Source: Cyanobacteriota bacterium
Lineage (GTDB): Bacteria > Cyanobacteriota > Cyanobacteriia > PCC-6307 > Cyanobiaceae
Assembly (NCBI GenBank): GCA_041158125.1
Contig: JBEBCC010000064.1
Location: 21,925 to 85,924, forward strand
Direction: 5' to 3'
DNA: 64,000 nucleotides
Each line of letters opens with the position of its first letter. The stretch's first letter is position 1. Shown one piece after another: positions 61,401-64,000 of the stretch. Both the position numbers and the translations under genes were made by a program. The notes under the pieces were generated by a model, which worked only from the letters and a program-made list of their open reading frames with translations, did no database searches and was not told the DNA's origin.

Positions 61401-64000
61401 AGCACCGCTGTCTTCAACAGCAACAGCACCCTGCCCGACCTCAAGGTCAAACTGCGCGACGGCCGCCTGCGCCTGGCCGGCCCTTGGCAGCATCAGCTCC
61501 TTGCCAGCAGCGAAGGCCAGCCGGAACCCCACGTCAGCATCAATACAGCCGAGCTGGGGCTGACGCTCGACAACGGCGCCACGCTCAGCTCAGGTCGCCG
61601 GTACGCCATCGACGCTCCGGGTACAGGATCAACGGTCACCATCGGCAGCAGCAGCGGCCCCAACGGCAAGATCTACATCGCCGGCAAGGTGCGGGCCCAC
61701 AGCGCCGTCAACCTGCGCAGCGGCCGCAGCCCCGACGGCCGTGACGTCGAGATCGACGCCAGCGGCGTGCTCGAGACGATCGACGGCTCGATCGGCTTCT
61801 ACGCCGGCGAAACCGGACTGATCAAGGGCGATGTGATCGTTGGTGGCGCCGGTCGTGATCTGACCCTGGGGGCGGGCCGCTCGCTGCGCCTCGAAGGAAC
61901 CCTGCAGGCTCCCGACGACGTGAGCATCAGCGCCGGTAACGGCACCGTGCTGCCCGGCAGCCGCAGCCTCGAGATCACCGGCACCGCCCGCATCCGCAGC
62001 ACGGCCGCCGGCGGCAGCCTGAGCCTGAGCGGCACCAACGACCTGTGGATCGACGGCGCGGTGGTGACCAGTGACGCCACCACCCCGATCAGCCTCAGCA
62101 GCAGCCAGGGGCGCCTCACCCTCAACAGCACCAGCGGCCGCATCGAGGCCGCCGGCGACCTGGCGATCAGCGCCGTCGACCTGACCCTGCAGGGCCCGAT
62201 CACCAGCACCTACACCGGCGGCGGCACCACCCCCGAGGTGCGCATCACGGCCACGGGCGAGGCGGTGCTGCAGGGCCAGCTCACGGCCAGTGGCGATCTG
62301 CAGCTGCGCGCCGGCAGCCTGCGGGCCGTGGGCAGCACCTGGCAGGCTGCCAAGGTGGATGCGCTGATCACCGGCAGCGCCACCCTGGGTGATCCGATCA
62401 GCGCGGCCAGCGGCGCCGTGCAGAGCGGCGCCGGGCTCGTCGGGGTGGCGGAGGTGAGCTTCGCTGCCGATCATCTGCAGCTCAACCGCGCCGCCAGCCT
62501 GGGCACCACCCAGAGCGGCGCTGCCCTGGCCCTGACCCTGGGCAGCGGCCAGCTGGTGGGCGAGGTCAGCTCCAGCGGGACCCTGAACCTGGCCGCCAGC
62601 CGCTGGCTGCGGCTGGGGCACCTGGCCAGCTCGGCCAATGAGCAGAGCTGGGGCGGCAGCGTCACCGCCGCCGGCGACCTGACCCTGAGCGCCGGCATCG
62701 GCAGCCGCATCAACCCGGTGGGCCTGGTGGTCGACAGCCGCAGCCTGGTGCGCAGCAACACCGGCGCCCTGTCGATCACGGCCGCGCGCGATGCCCATCT
62801 CGACGGCACCGTTGAAGCCCAGCGCAGCAGCACCAGTCCCAGCAGCGGCAGCGACGGCACGCTCACCCTCAACGTGGGCCGCAGCCTGCGGGTCGACGGC
62901 CAGCTCTGGGGCGAGCGCAGCGTCACGATCAACGCCGGCAGCAGCGACAGCAGCGGCATCTCGCTCGAGACCCTGGCGCTGGTCTACAAGACCTCGGGCA
63001 GCTACCTGCTCGATGAGAACAACCGGCTGATGAACAGCCAGGGCTACCTGGTCAACAGCAATGGCGGCCTGGTGGATGCCGATGGCAACAGCGTCAGCAG
63101 CGGCGTGCTGGGCGGCGCACCGGTGCGGCTCAGCGGCGCCATCATCGACAGCGGCAGCCGCCAGATCAGCGCGGCGAGCTCCAGCGGCAGCGGCAGCATC
63201 AGCCTCAACGCCAGCGGCGTGCTGCGGCTCGACGGCAGCATCGGCCAGAGCAGCAAGGACAGCACCAGCACCCTGCGCTCCACCACCGGCAGCCTCAGCA
63301 TCAGCGGCTCCAGCAGCGCCTTTGTGCTGGCCGATGTGCACGCCCAGACCAACCTGAGCCTCAGCACCAGCGGCGATCTGGCCCTGCGCAGCGATGCGCT
63401 GCTGCGCACCTGGGGCGCCGGCGCCACGTTCACGGCAAACGCCGGCGGCGGCCTGCTGCTCGAGGGCCAGGTGGGTTCTGCCGCCGCCGCCAGCCTGATC
63501 GCCGCCGACGGCCTGAGCCTCACGGGCGCCAACCTGTACCTGGCCGGCGAGATCAACGCCCAGCGCAGCGTCAGCCTGAGCGCCACTGGCGACATCACCG
63601 TCGAGGGCACGGTGCAGACCACCGCCAGCAGCGCCCCCAGCGGCGGCGGCAGCTTTGGCATCAGCGCCAGCAGCAGCGGCAGCGATCTGTTTGTGCTGGG
63701 GGCCGGCCGCTTGGCCACCACCGGAAGCCTCAACCTGAGCGCCGCCGGCGATGTGGTGCTCGAATCGGGAGCCAGCACCGGCAGCGGCACCCGCACGCCG
63801 CGGCGCCCCACGATCAGCACCGAAACGATCACCGTCGAGGTGCAGACGGGCACCACCTCGGTAGTCGACCGGGTGATCAACATCCCGGTGGTGACCTGGA
63901 TCAGCACCACCGGTCAGGAAGAGGCCGGCACCGAACAGGTCAAGGTGGGCAGCGAGTTCTTCACGATGGACGTCACCCTGAGCCAGGACGGCTACTGGAA
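28434..64000 (+). CDS. Giant repetitive surface/secreted protein (>11,850 aa, 3' partial): DUF4347, beta super-repeats, RTX nonapeptides and beta-helix-like region
   Basis: An in-frame TGA at 28377 is followed by the first ATG at 28434. Every segment I translated, including the last codons (FTMDVTLSQDGYW), is open in this frame. None of the + strand track ORFs I checked past 28434 is in this frame, as expected if there is no stop before the window end. Confidence 0.93.
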   Translation, partial: MSDLFLESFAVSAGIADPPLWSALVSPSAFVEPRSPEALAWLQDVCIDPVSPWTGLEAPGQALMPRTWGPAGATETAAPSWELPKHQVDASNDWHCDPITGIGSTAQAQAYLAVDGLGAGDSGNFSAAPATLAWSNAQASQRDLFVVDDASPELEALASRLEAGNYWVLRVGHLKSPLAAICDVLSQSASTPSEQLSGDIGNPGPMIGRLHLFGHGTPARFQLGQAIISNHSLPSQQQIWREIGSLLAADAAIRLYGCDVAASPAGERLLQRLNELSGRSIHASSDTTFQTNISHDWDLEFVAGTALDSAAGLDLSLLLSGLGWRGALGASASTTTPFTAAIDPATGLLEIIQTAPDLPEIGTTLQLLPLTSLPSTVTSVRGLALGQGLWIRPEWRADGLWGTLQQLPGIEAITGWDSAEQVARLDNLLGHWLQLLPGVAAPAALSADVLIDLGQVAVAARSSLRLDTSGAAPGLVLELRDGSLDLTHFGLGRLNNLAGSIRWSDPSAVPSLELQASDGLTIAGQQLSGTLVLQRDGVGAAGLRLSGRDLRFSSGASEAGVSLQIDQASVAVALDGDGAGQLQLDGQLRLDGFAGVSLTGQARYSRQPVGGAEELIVTAGQLTMAELGSLQGRFALRREQQRTPDASTDRLWIGMESLAADLRLESLALDLRDCSGALVLSSILPIDGTELTTSTALQIDGAMAVSIAAAGEPAAIELEGRAVRFCRNSSAAPITGFVPSPTGAPNFIALTGAQTSLSGEWQGRVSGVGNLSGALSIEQRQSRRQLQDGRWLDLQEVQLVGRDLDLSLAGAGDPRWLGLGRSALALIWAADPHGGGSWLSLVAEPGVVQISGQSALVPADARFAVNAALAAGAALLPDAPVLSWSTPLDLDGTDLSLDLLDSTRRLQLQGELAIAAGRLAGDLSLEATGVGDATAWNLALNNGSVTLEAGPARLSLSGAQANLPLIGAGIAVGEIRGEIGLSGLEGVSLRGRARLSLDSQGTGTVVVEDAHLALAGVGSLVGDLQLRRIVDAAGAWFEVTLLDATASLGDEVAGIRLSEASLALLIGRDAEGKANLAAAGGGTVALTGFGSAIELAASPAHLTLAQLGQPLAALGIDDERFRQQIQLRDGSVSLAGIGNLRGDFTLTRQELSAWNGAAISQLGLAVDHGALSLQLGPVSATLSELRGAVVARTAPQAEAQLALQVEGVVALEGLPGLSISADRLALAINGTTAGLTAEIPAADGWYALDLVAAERRLRGDLSVAIDGLLSLSGAMALESRTAQTITLHDTAAGTTTSVVVDQLLLAGSDLALLLGQGGPGDLALERLDGVLVISTETGGARRRWLTLEASAAVGSLAGLPLAGDGTAALALNLALTPHGQPLAIDWSSAAAPDWTGHPLNLVLPGGDVAVTPAATGRQLSVALRGGLDLQGQLLSGQITASLERSDAGERWRVAVSEGTVGLSSAAGPALSIGAVSGELLLAQDGGRSGSLSGTALLSGVPGLTLSGVLVAGFDGTGQIQAAGQLRLAVEGLGELDGEFSVARVRALLALPDDELRPALLGASGRIERLLSGGTGQGPTYTLQLRSDPAELSREGIYRIRVGDAEARIDSLGAQGLPLADRDLAVALQSAIEALPGVGPGNLTVSGGRHSGFLLQFAPALAASPPQLTLLAPSDPPAGSSRWLLAEQTQSSLPGRSEQQQLTLDAPIAGGGSIQLTMAGAGGALLTTAPIPLLARTPSNERLVLTLRGNGNAAGQLRLSLGDLSSGPIRLGTGPLKTQNDLKAALESLVGVGNVTVTYKRGYTGHDSIDYLIGFQGDLAARDLPSLAVTTTTTAVTPVVRVLQQGGSGQSVTAQAMAIQTALDQRLGPGSVVVSWSGAQSPSRNTYRLTFAGSLAERDIPLLTATVSGNSAATVSLSETTAGAAPRGSTQILRLGSLPAGASLTLSLSAAGTSYTTVPLAGIATADQLREAILAARSNAGVSLGSTGTAIAVSADGIGGWQLSIAGALAGLAIEPLRVEISEPLHYGHASLQLSQPALLHSESQRLHLTAASADAALFRLAVGAGDATTGTLDAVGLSAAALQVALEGLAEIGAGNLAVTSSAAGQFELTYRGALAGVAVDPLLVLPVQRFSLRQSDGQAVERVALRLGSDAEWSADLPIAGLSPEQVRDLLRVVLATLPGLAADVVDLHLVDPSTFTYELVASGALRGMALPALELLLSRTDTLSPESLLLGAAQVSGRFGGSQASLELSRGELGLLVTTAADGQRGFALQGSASAALQGFEGLVSLEAVARLRVNTLGQPVEQTIATGLTTAPLTVAFSDGLNRRELLIDSGTISVAGLGSLSGRLALEQLSRVESGSTITDLRIGLADVSGQLQLGGLSPGLSNGRGALVLQSSTDASGEQRRQWALQAEGDLHVSGVQGLNLTLSDLRLGVNSWSGALQQAVETPSGTYGLDLLAGERRLSGRGVAEITDVMRLEGDLFLESLPPAEVVLSDGSVVTVNQLVIGGSHLSAGLGPAALGLGLDLSSVALLLVDEVPSPGSSAPARRWITTQGSISGFSLAGTHLEGLAAAGLRFNRALTTTSAGAALAPPALPVVDWSQSGRQVALADGALQPIDLAAPALQLGASGRLQLGDAVLGGDFTLALEEREGLPAWVVRCEAASLGLESGAAFVGLRDVSGELVLGPGGQRSGQLNGSAVLSGVDGLDLQGTLAASFDSTGHLQLSGSAVTMALEGFGSLTATLSLQRRADGSIALSASDVSATLGMDPGSGIALSGASLGLVLSGRSSSEAGFALVARGQALLQGFAGVSLAAAAELHVNTTGAALDTSVGDGSEAMAIRFATPDRLMELRVASGTISIAGLGSVSGDLAITSLLSDTASELRIGIDNLHGSVALAGNSFSLSNGRGAVLLERRSDGSTGRALQAEAAVSFSSGSDLALSASRMEVAWNDLGRAIHGLEVASAGGTTTLELQAGEARVRGEASISVGSDLQFSGNLYLESHQAQTLTLADGRTATVDQLRFGGADLSASLGAGGVGIQLSGLDLSGVLATGTGSSSGARWLAATGTVDNLNLPGSIQVSGGLLRLNRRLDGDGAVVNWNDSGLPALSASALLALSFDQLDLLVAGIRLQGGASLRFDPAGGGIEDDRWRLSPSGLGARVEAAGVHLGLTDLSGELVYGPLGLESGSLHGNLALQGSDAVSLSGSATLLFSPTITTSLVGQASLSVSGQSIRGDFSAVLPGELNPDLGLAFTDAAVAISAGHGSDGLQLSVAGVNGAVLLRERGSAGRFTAADLQLTQSDGSAIPGLVLGPVRRASLAFNTTDEPISARTIGTTTLAFSAAERRLLEVGGDLDVGVSTTAAAFSLGGSVRIRREPLALVPGAAPLEGFAIHMEEVGSDLRFGAAGASGGARLRLGGIRGDVLVARINGRAGASADLTVGSAALTQADGITPLVAGLALNPVDLPLRFNLFDFDPHLPLQLLSPELGWPTLSVPNLGLAFPDLKVDWPALSLPELLFTLPQLQLPGLRVEFDLPRLLPGWPHLQLPDPNLSLPELIFGLPALGLPGLSLELPSLSELPNLGWPTLRLADFGLAFPDLDFNWSELSLPEFILALPQLKLPGLDLSLDLRALLPDLAPFDLPLANLRLPQLGLALPSLAIDWTAPSLAQLLQGLRALQLPGLSISLPSLNGVEWGGWSLPSLAARFPALQVDWPALTLPQLLAQLPNLQLPGLSISFDQLRLPEWPSLHLDLPDLGLKALHLAFPDLNIAWPELSLPELVLAVKALKLPGISIELDPFTLLPDWINANLRLPELRLDDLGLAFPNLGLDWQNLKLPELILALPRLNLPGLNIRVPTLAELPALQWPDLPWKDLGLAFPDLRVNWADLDLPNLLRLLPKLNLPGLDLDLNLAGLMLPGFSLCGDLNLDLGAGLSVAGEFCFDRRDGQLLAIASNASAKVSAGGVSLGLSNVSLGLVADNGGLALEGRGDFSATLADGISLAVADARLFFNSTGRSWSGVTIQADQGRYSFGTLSATDVRGIAKEGRFLLQEHISITNPADRAWQLAVADLGLSLTAGSATLALETGSGEFWFGRDASTDTYGATLRSGVLRGTAALQGLNGLTASGSLEARLSSTGAWTLAADDLTLALAGFGQISGSVAIERQPGTTAPVQWQSASTVSHGGNAATTVSPGGVARSSSWRLTAASADGQRFREGTYRFSRTSGAAVQVSTLTTSGVPLADGPLASALERGLSELYGAGAVTVLGSRDTGFTISLGGALAGSALDDLQMQAPAEPSADLAGGLFTPVATNGTIAQLAGFPAAAAGSFSLGFEVRRAIDTELRLTAFDPGAVRFREGRWQLSYGGRHASADSTDLAGLPLSDSQVAANLQAALEQLLGRTNVRVSGSRADGFVIRLVNGLSGQSIDLASSAAGSGLWIEPPADASAALPTSVSSRLEQQAAPAGGEVATAYMFTITVPTAATRNSDGVSFRFANGQRSATAVYTGSQDSQARQLFEALARLLPSGPSTSKVYGTGAVVKEVRSDTITVQQLQSPANAQRYRIRFADSIASQVRSLGALDAINTGITTSIGYNLVAEFPSDSSAATPATGAVHRLDRFPVAARGSLQLSFMVGGITYRTAPIDLHSSAATLQGALLNATTTAGGSFAAAGGSVFVSLDTAAQQWRFSFGGSALGVAMQPVNATVLPDLAPVARLVLQQSASLAGAGRYETQPIPIGADAATIENALKDARLQDGSGLTLSGSGLSVSVLRTTDGSRDRISFGSVPGLRGIEGFSTRIDPLAAPQARLELLQRGAVSDALQELTLPINAGSSVVLSWSDPAGHLHTTAPFAVDRLSAAALQRQLDALLGFGNSRVSPGAGPGRWVVEFLGDLADAPQTPLQATSVLLLDLRLAEGSAQADRLRLTPLVPDGTADNATVVVLSGLRGEQSLSRVRAALESLPGFGVDSVQLEPVPGQPGLLRAWGRGALAGQALPAFSLEIAAEPESTPARLLIGANGVRADIGSSAAALQVRNGSLGLLIENGAYALSAAGAVTLQGFNADVGLSGQALVAVNTLGRAVTATVSTGIASPLATINFADGLQRKDVSLSGAQLSLAGLGSLKGDLIVRSSSETVAADGNTSAGQRTRLHVELNQLSGNLKLGGLTASIEAGDGSLTLERLQPISGTPQQHYSFSGAGDVSVSGLPGISLSAERLEITVNRATGPQQTSLRGRMALGIGAGLNIEGDLSLESLPDQTVRLSDGTNVAVDQLVVALADGKARLGTDAMGLELAGLDLGLILSQQRGSSAPRRWLAASAAVGQVSLPAGLTLVSDRSASLRFNHELTASGSLRGVGASVIDWNGPSGTTSRAITISRGNGLFSQAFLDRDTPTLDLALDGVLSIGGASLDGRFSLSPQSSATNPAQQAWRLQASGVAMQLSSDGAVVGISQGSGDLWFGHDPATGAYGHQLRSGRISGAAQLTGVTGLAASGQLAASFNATGDLTLAGALSLDLGGVAALKGQFAVERQAAVTPAATQIERVAIPAAAASTSTVVEGGLSQDTILRFLLAASDGSRSREGVYQLVLGDRTVSVDTQLAGLPLTDAALAAALQRAMEQLLGGGPVRVSGNRREGFSLQLGGDLAGRALRIGSGADALQLVAPPDPQPPAADVVTILSRAAVARPGVYRLELEALVSRPNTTNNMVMLSFAGRSAAVRYTGDINTQLSFLRRSLDDLLGSGNYSLSRSADSGLVRQAYNIGLNPALAGAGTLSAVAGGSARDLAVRLAVIQAGDAATPTVHRLAIPLDLGASSLASLRLSFQVGGVNYQAPLLPVTASAAALRDALLSAQGAGSTFAAHGGDVEVRAEGAGQFVVHWLGSTLGETVAPLTAEWQLIPPTTPLLEVLQLGSRSSESQQLTLPPGGGLLALRLGLEHTAVLDLRGLGTDGPTEVQAAAALTEALESLTSLGPGAVRVSPASAGGFTIDFTAGLANRDLPQLEALAVQTFDLRLAGGALADSVVLELGQRRSASLSIGALDQPALASALQQALTTLLGTRPFRLEGVPGGSGQFRLIDLAPSGSATLPVLGLTLSRQPQATPAVLRLGASGVSGVLGSSSAGVVFGQAALGLVITRAEPTAAATGPASSGYALQATGQASLQGFGDAITLQAAGSLAINTLGRPIDTLVATGLNSTPQQVRFSDGQERLELSLSAAQLGLAGLGQLSGALSISANTGREYGSTLTTVTIGAADLSGSVRLAGLSASLLGGRGALILQRSSAGSQRHVLQLEGDVNLEAGQGLTVSAERLRLQANRWGSAVQTSVATGLGRFNLDVPEGDTRIQGEMAVELGGILQAEGALFLEALPERSLSLSDGSTVRASTLLIGGRDGQIRIGADGSALQARLNDSDLALLLATESRSASGAAPRRWLAGTATLGSALVAGSQLREFSDLQLELNRPLSPDGAVVVWGLDPLAIEVGNPQPLYLDASEPLLRLQGRGRIDLGPIDLAGRLSISQQGDATQPWQISGRDLNLGLSVGVARLGLSDAEGSVELRADGSRSGSITGDVSLSGLTGVGLSGRLSAGFSGGEAFRLSGDAELTLADLARLQATVQIERALVDGIPELRLAATEVTAQLGTASGGASLQDGQLALVSNASSPGGYALVGSSPVVITTPLGFGFSGSISLEANTLGRAIDRTLTVGAGPAATDLQLRYGADALPPRLRADALDVLLSGNLADLMQEAAASISDLKVDVSPQRDDNGNNSNSHPLATALPLINRSISEITGLDALLGIGDYVSRYLGRSPANSSLPAPPSGAPTLRGLLTYLQQHWLPSVPGVDPDALQLVVGADGVTLAFRDTLELSTAARLDLAQQLQTIGLSLDGELNLHLATQLDVGFDLVLDWAKADVAFTITELAFRTQASADAIQLGAALGPLAVKLGEAGRELGRLTLDLGGRVVVEDGADLRLQLTHDSLTGSLPVLTSLGSLDLGLGSQTPRIRLEGSPFGGGTLQLRTEQFEQLTDFSDLSLIDLILMFPQLVDAMESIAETDGLSDSLPFIEKGLDQVLLFARAFEEGVYNRIDFLQPRQDLATFTGASTALARVGSADVSVVRLSGSGFLSSYQDLQVTLVRQLLGTDVEIGTFGIAQVLDGSTLVVKGALPQGLHGLRVIVHPRREQIRTLQEFVAAVSRSGVLPYGASISYDPVDRSFLLPVAFRQQLNPEALPLSLAVDVEGLALATSAQGTLNASLEGSLGLVIDLDGRTLQGGAGTLAQNSNLFTISGIGVDSGVVGYSLEIGDQRFRVLGIGTPDAQGRVRSLRLDRTASTALSGSWILREGSLDLAVQDLSLRGGVDVAADDLAVSVALGSLGLMAGGAGSGSAVRVGVSADVSLRERTSLDAVDGDAFRVDLDGEASARLRGLRVSTGLGRDLPIAPSAEISITLLDPLNPGATRVIHQNPLYDVDLQGLVAAGSLEANAMAVVLPDLGSPFSFSNLSVSDVISGVRSGLEIVRDSLAAQPFYSVTLPVIGTSLAEAFPFLDSILAELEAVAENPSNLLSQVEAVIETALGLSDDNNLPAQRQRFSLSLNGDTIDLHLNLTEVFRQNFGFNLDLESLSEIAGGGIDGLDFISSLSDVFNPGASGQVALGLRAGLQIDAGVRYSGGRVETFLYDFDPTRLVREAVADFGLAPFITGSSLIAEPAYQALLNGLRSQVIADRRDVLRIQASIDAVLNAASEASGLDAAVVAGSRRHTLAANRIQAVLDLRSRLERDLGIALDLLAGSISMAPSPAAPLRFSQVIVVRRESVEVSEARGTMVNLGLQVQGQKLSLGFSAGPAEIGVSNGWFAIDADGLASTNDWANLSLVLDQKGVAAAGPVDDGRFHLSRETLSSNLSSLVSGRIGMDLPMQLAVPGFADLNAGSFRLMQQGQAGLNQLLDLAAGRTAMADVVRLEVPDIRGLIENQLGELSLLGILNNPSRVLDGIDTALGGIQDGLDSVLSVPMPLVGDALAEGSSFIRTIRTGFLADLRRRLSAEGGAIPLIQESLYELLHQRLNILQDINLDGQITVADVQARWFDRNGQPLRDAIGNDISLWTAQANLPAGADAIQFNMKLGQLLTSTNLELPLDIEIPGFELDINGGVRLELAWAFDFGFGISLADGVYLATRADATPEIRLEARALLDGPGHNLFSSSGKLLFFNAELVEQDVDPYTAGFQHGGFSATIGLDLLGNGRGRLKSADQQPGTLSGPGAAPQSAWYRGIVSADATLRFGATLGVSGVQGVPRLLADLQIDWDYIYGRPLASPSIGIDRLRVDLSSTVNNILLPVADQVANALQPLRPFIDFLYQRIDGLSFLSALGVQPTPLGLVNAYLRLNGERELPTQFFDAVRFALDLPGRLRQISSGGELLLGDLRVSPAGLVESRGLDTTITNRVLDLLREIQANPQLYANSPQARVQLLRSRGVPEQYHKYALDPQAGLNELLGSFLPQSIAGPLGAIAGEVAGVLLAAAMGTAQPTRTGFRFLEYIKDIENWKQIFSGGNATLFTYELPLLQLSKQLSFRKTIPIGPFPFALGADLSISATADFAFGFDTYGLRKAFETGNPLLAMDGFFVSDVTLPSFSNGRAVPGTGGYDKPEFSFRASAGLSGGVSLGPISGGVGVEVNFFTDVDLQDIYTSSLSKTIYGDIAGVNWQADGKVRGSEFATMFGYQGGGIKNLFNIDMGADLIGKVFVRFDLNLLFVKISKILWEAKLFDIDLFNLNYRAPKVQPELATLASDGTLTLNVGHRAGNRRYFNTSDGGEVVTLHGSGGVVAVEFDGWLQTFSGVRRITGNLGSGNDVLDATRLRDVAVEVGGGDGDDTLSAGDSGGTLWGDAGDDTLRIGRFAAGSIDAGGVYRNGAFQAGAGVGRGWTLDGGDGDDQLIGAGGDDNLRGGGGEDKLQGGAGNDNLEGGFGVDLLEGQAGDDRLSGGGGDDRLKGGDGRDTYAYGDADGSDAIDDRTGDSVLDLAAMAGAAEVTVSSKGASLLQGSLETRASAARVVEVRLGRGNDTVRVTEVPDWTLTINDAGGSDAYAISLGRPSSGKADGLIDIRETSSGDVDEILLEQTRASDAVSFSGDGGGAMISNGRERIRYNATSAGIEKVTLLGKGASLDGHQVRSFGGDVRFNAAQLGSTWFRAVGRRILQESAVEAQGVVFESLQGLTVEHSITALENGTIDLRALGDGASLTLKADLIVSATTDRLAGAATNRSADGSGAVRLTSVDGSLVLAGRTDSQGQAIPAWIRGSGSHLQIRARDAIGTELLPLRTQVASLNAATAAHGAGSGEIRVIETDSLILRSDADFGPTLAARQIADVQLRVTPGQDAWESKVAWQATLPPIWRDRLTMATGSSALEAARGQLTVDLLATNALLSLTSGRLSTASSGRAISLTADDMDFVSGAGQLQGTGALTLRTQSLVSNSWIGSAADNAYADAEIEEARQQPGLYLSRQDMAALADGFSQITLGRRDRGNVMAIGDLRFANGLDSRLRDRTTLLSDQFAIGGVVESPQTALQLEGRLLLINNSNLHAATGAPTSGVANMPGLIAPALVLQVDQQARLLGQLTTTDGISLAINGSPESTGTLLSAASNLYSLELHGQVSASAGSISLHTRHGQTIGAVVSAGGSGSDLTINASGLVEVYGNLGATDQLTVSVAESSSESSNLSPGLLISYSGVLSTTADYSSIHLTSFDGQGIDGQLQAAGVGSDLIIRAGKNVRVAGRLQASDQLSIGVGGDNPGAVVGHRSFELNAGGLLQTSDPDSLIALISSDAQVISGTIRAGSAGSDLQLSAKGLVQVIGGVIEATDQLNLNIAEADATVIHSNTGLSVDGNSRIATSAGGSRISLVSFDGQNLAGSVTAAGPDSDLMITAGKTVHVSGNLTATDQLTISVGDKAPGALVDHRHLRLSSSGSITTTAGASAIVLSTSDGQELAGLVVAGSNPGSGGADLTIQAKGRVEVSGTLQARDQLQLSVLECEAGSFTGLASSGFGLAITASGQLISHDAASTISLSSRYGQRIAGQVEARGAGSDLILTARELLHLAGHLKAVDQLLINVSALPGWIDPGSAFGLGATGVVVETAGELISTGDGGRIAISTDHSISFEGNLQASGSGTRVSLASRERIQIGGVIQATGLQAAINVSAAPAVMPNLSTSSLIAGRLHLLELSRDTGSGRIGTVLASGTGSSVSISSAQALRSQGEIEARGAGATVTLSSGEQAEISGSVRAAAAIGLVVAATGDGAGLLKRPYGRLGLRLDGGSILQTSESASQISLSAAAAIEAAGVIEAGGHGSQLSLMASGALLLMEGADLRALGAGSAVSLSSSDVLAVNSGSAVRAGVSFTMVEAAPLPQISGSNANLSLTANGEMLLAGSVSASGDLIIRSGAQRYDNASYGDPANASETTFSSQYLPGYAIFNKTAMLASIANQSPNHYLAQHTGGYGLMLTGTVTSLGDQRQLTLSSSEDVLVRGNITAIGVGSGLTLHSDQWLFVEGFATASRSLNLYGGMGRNGEVLTGSAARADSRGTSIYVHATSTLRTSEAGSTIDVRGAADVDLFAALVAGGTITSNGVNFTLDADGDGGSNLSIRAGQQLRLESGLLASGDVTLASGAPGSDDSWNGQSMDSLGSNPLSLLIQSSGGITAAGLGAGLSSDGITRKGSTVTIDAAGRVELLGTINAGGRLVQTFAPNGGPLLSQSVDWSGRDSDLIIRSTGRVYVGGLTWNGSSTTETGAFFNASRLIDVQGGSDSTSGKGLIVQASSELVVQGTRHDDGSVRSAGEIRLRGVNDVDLQGLLLAGGRSEMVRDSVGRYLGRRIVRYDVDSQITVQADRQLIIGTDVTAGKSVTVRGGLDSRTPTVGAPYEGRGLVLYGTASVATSRANGAIHLDAPGRIDLLAPLDVNELTFDGWPVAGNGQLSRDVTLVVQVDKISYAIEAAVTLAASATTNNTSIANLAADLEAALAGASWRVIRSNGTSSDPVLGSVYSDSSTAVFNSNSTLPDLKVKLRDGRLRLAGPWQHQLLASSEGQPEPHVSINTAELGLTLDNGATLSSGRRYAIDAPGTGSTVTIGSSSGPNGKIYIAGKVRAHSAVNLRSGRSPDGRDVEIDASGVLETIDGSIGFYAGETGLIKGDVIVGGAGRDLTLGAGRSLRLEGTLQAPDDVSISAGNGTVLPGSRSLEITGTARIRSTAAGGSLSLSGTNDLWIDGAVVTSDATTPISLSSSQGRLTLNSTSGRIEAAGDLAISAVDLTLQGPITSTYTGGGTTPEVRITATGEAVLQGQLTASGDLQLRAGSLRAVGSTWQAAKVDALITGSATLGDPISAASGAVQSGAGLVGVAEVSFAADHLQLNRAASLGTTQSGAALALTLGSGQLVGEVSSSGTLNLAASRWLRLGHLASSANEQSWGGSVTAAGDLTLSAGIGSRINPVGLVVDSRSLVRSNTGALSITAARDAHLDGTVEAQRSSTSPSSGSDGTLTLNVGRSLRVDGQLWGERSVTINAGSSDSSGISLETLALVYKTSGSYLLDENNRLMNSQGYLVNSNGGLVDADGNSVSSGVLGGAPVRLSGAIIDSGSRQISAASSSGSGSISLNASGVLRLDGSIGQSSKDSTSTLRSTTGSLSISGSSSAFVLADVHAQTNLSLSTSGDLALRSDALLRTWGAGATFTANAGGGLLLEGQVGSAAAASLIAADGLSLTGANLYLAGEINAQRSVSLSATGDITVEGTVQTTASSAPSGGGSFGISASSSGSDLFVLGAGRLATTGSLNLSAAGDVVLESGASTGSGTRTPRRPTISTETITVEVQTGTTSVVDRVINIPVVTWISTTGQEEAGTEQVKVGSEFFTMDVTLSQDGYW
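28854..29350 (+). other. DUF4347 domain within the giant ORF
   Basis: DLFVVDD...RLHLFGHG...LGQ...IRLYGCDVAASPAGERLLQRLNELSGRSIHASSDTT...DWDLEF. Confidence 0.85.
38820..40200 (+). repeat. Leu/Pro/Trp-rich protein repeat, seven full copies and one partial
   Basis: Consensus LGLAFPDLxxxWxxLxLPELxxxLPxLxLPGL; the first full copy starts at 38916. Confidence 0.9.
54855..55320 (+). repeat. RTX/hemolysin-type Ca2+-binding nonapeptide repeats
   Basis: Eight tandem copies from 55098 (GGDGDDQLI GAGGDDNLR GGGGEDKLQ GGAGNDNLE GGFGVDLLE GQAGDDRLS GGGGDDRLK GGDGRDTYA), plus GSGNDVL, GGDGDDTLS and GDAGDDTLR just upstream. Confidence 0.93.
57270..58800 (+). repeat. About 80-aa tandem beta-helix-like repeat, six clear copies
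   Basis: (S/A)DL anchors at 57342, 57576, 57810, 58047, 58293 and 58539, each followed by A...V.V.G.L.A.DQL. Confidence 0.85.

Noticed and set aside
28497-63910. Dozens of track ORFs on both strands (for example 36756..39056, 59562..61532, 61629..63341)
   Set aside because: They are antisense or off-frame shadows of the giant ORF, expected in high-GC coding DNA, and have no recognisable motifs.
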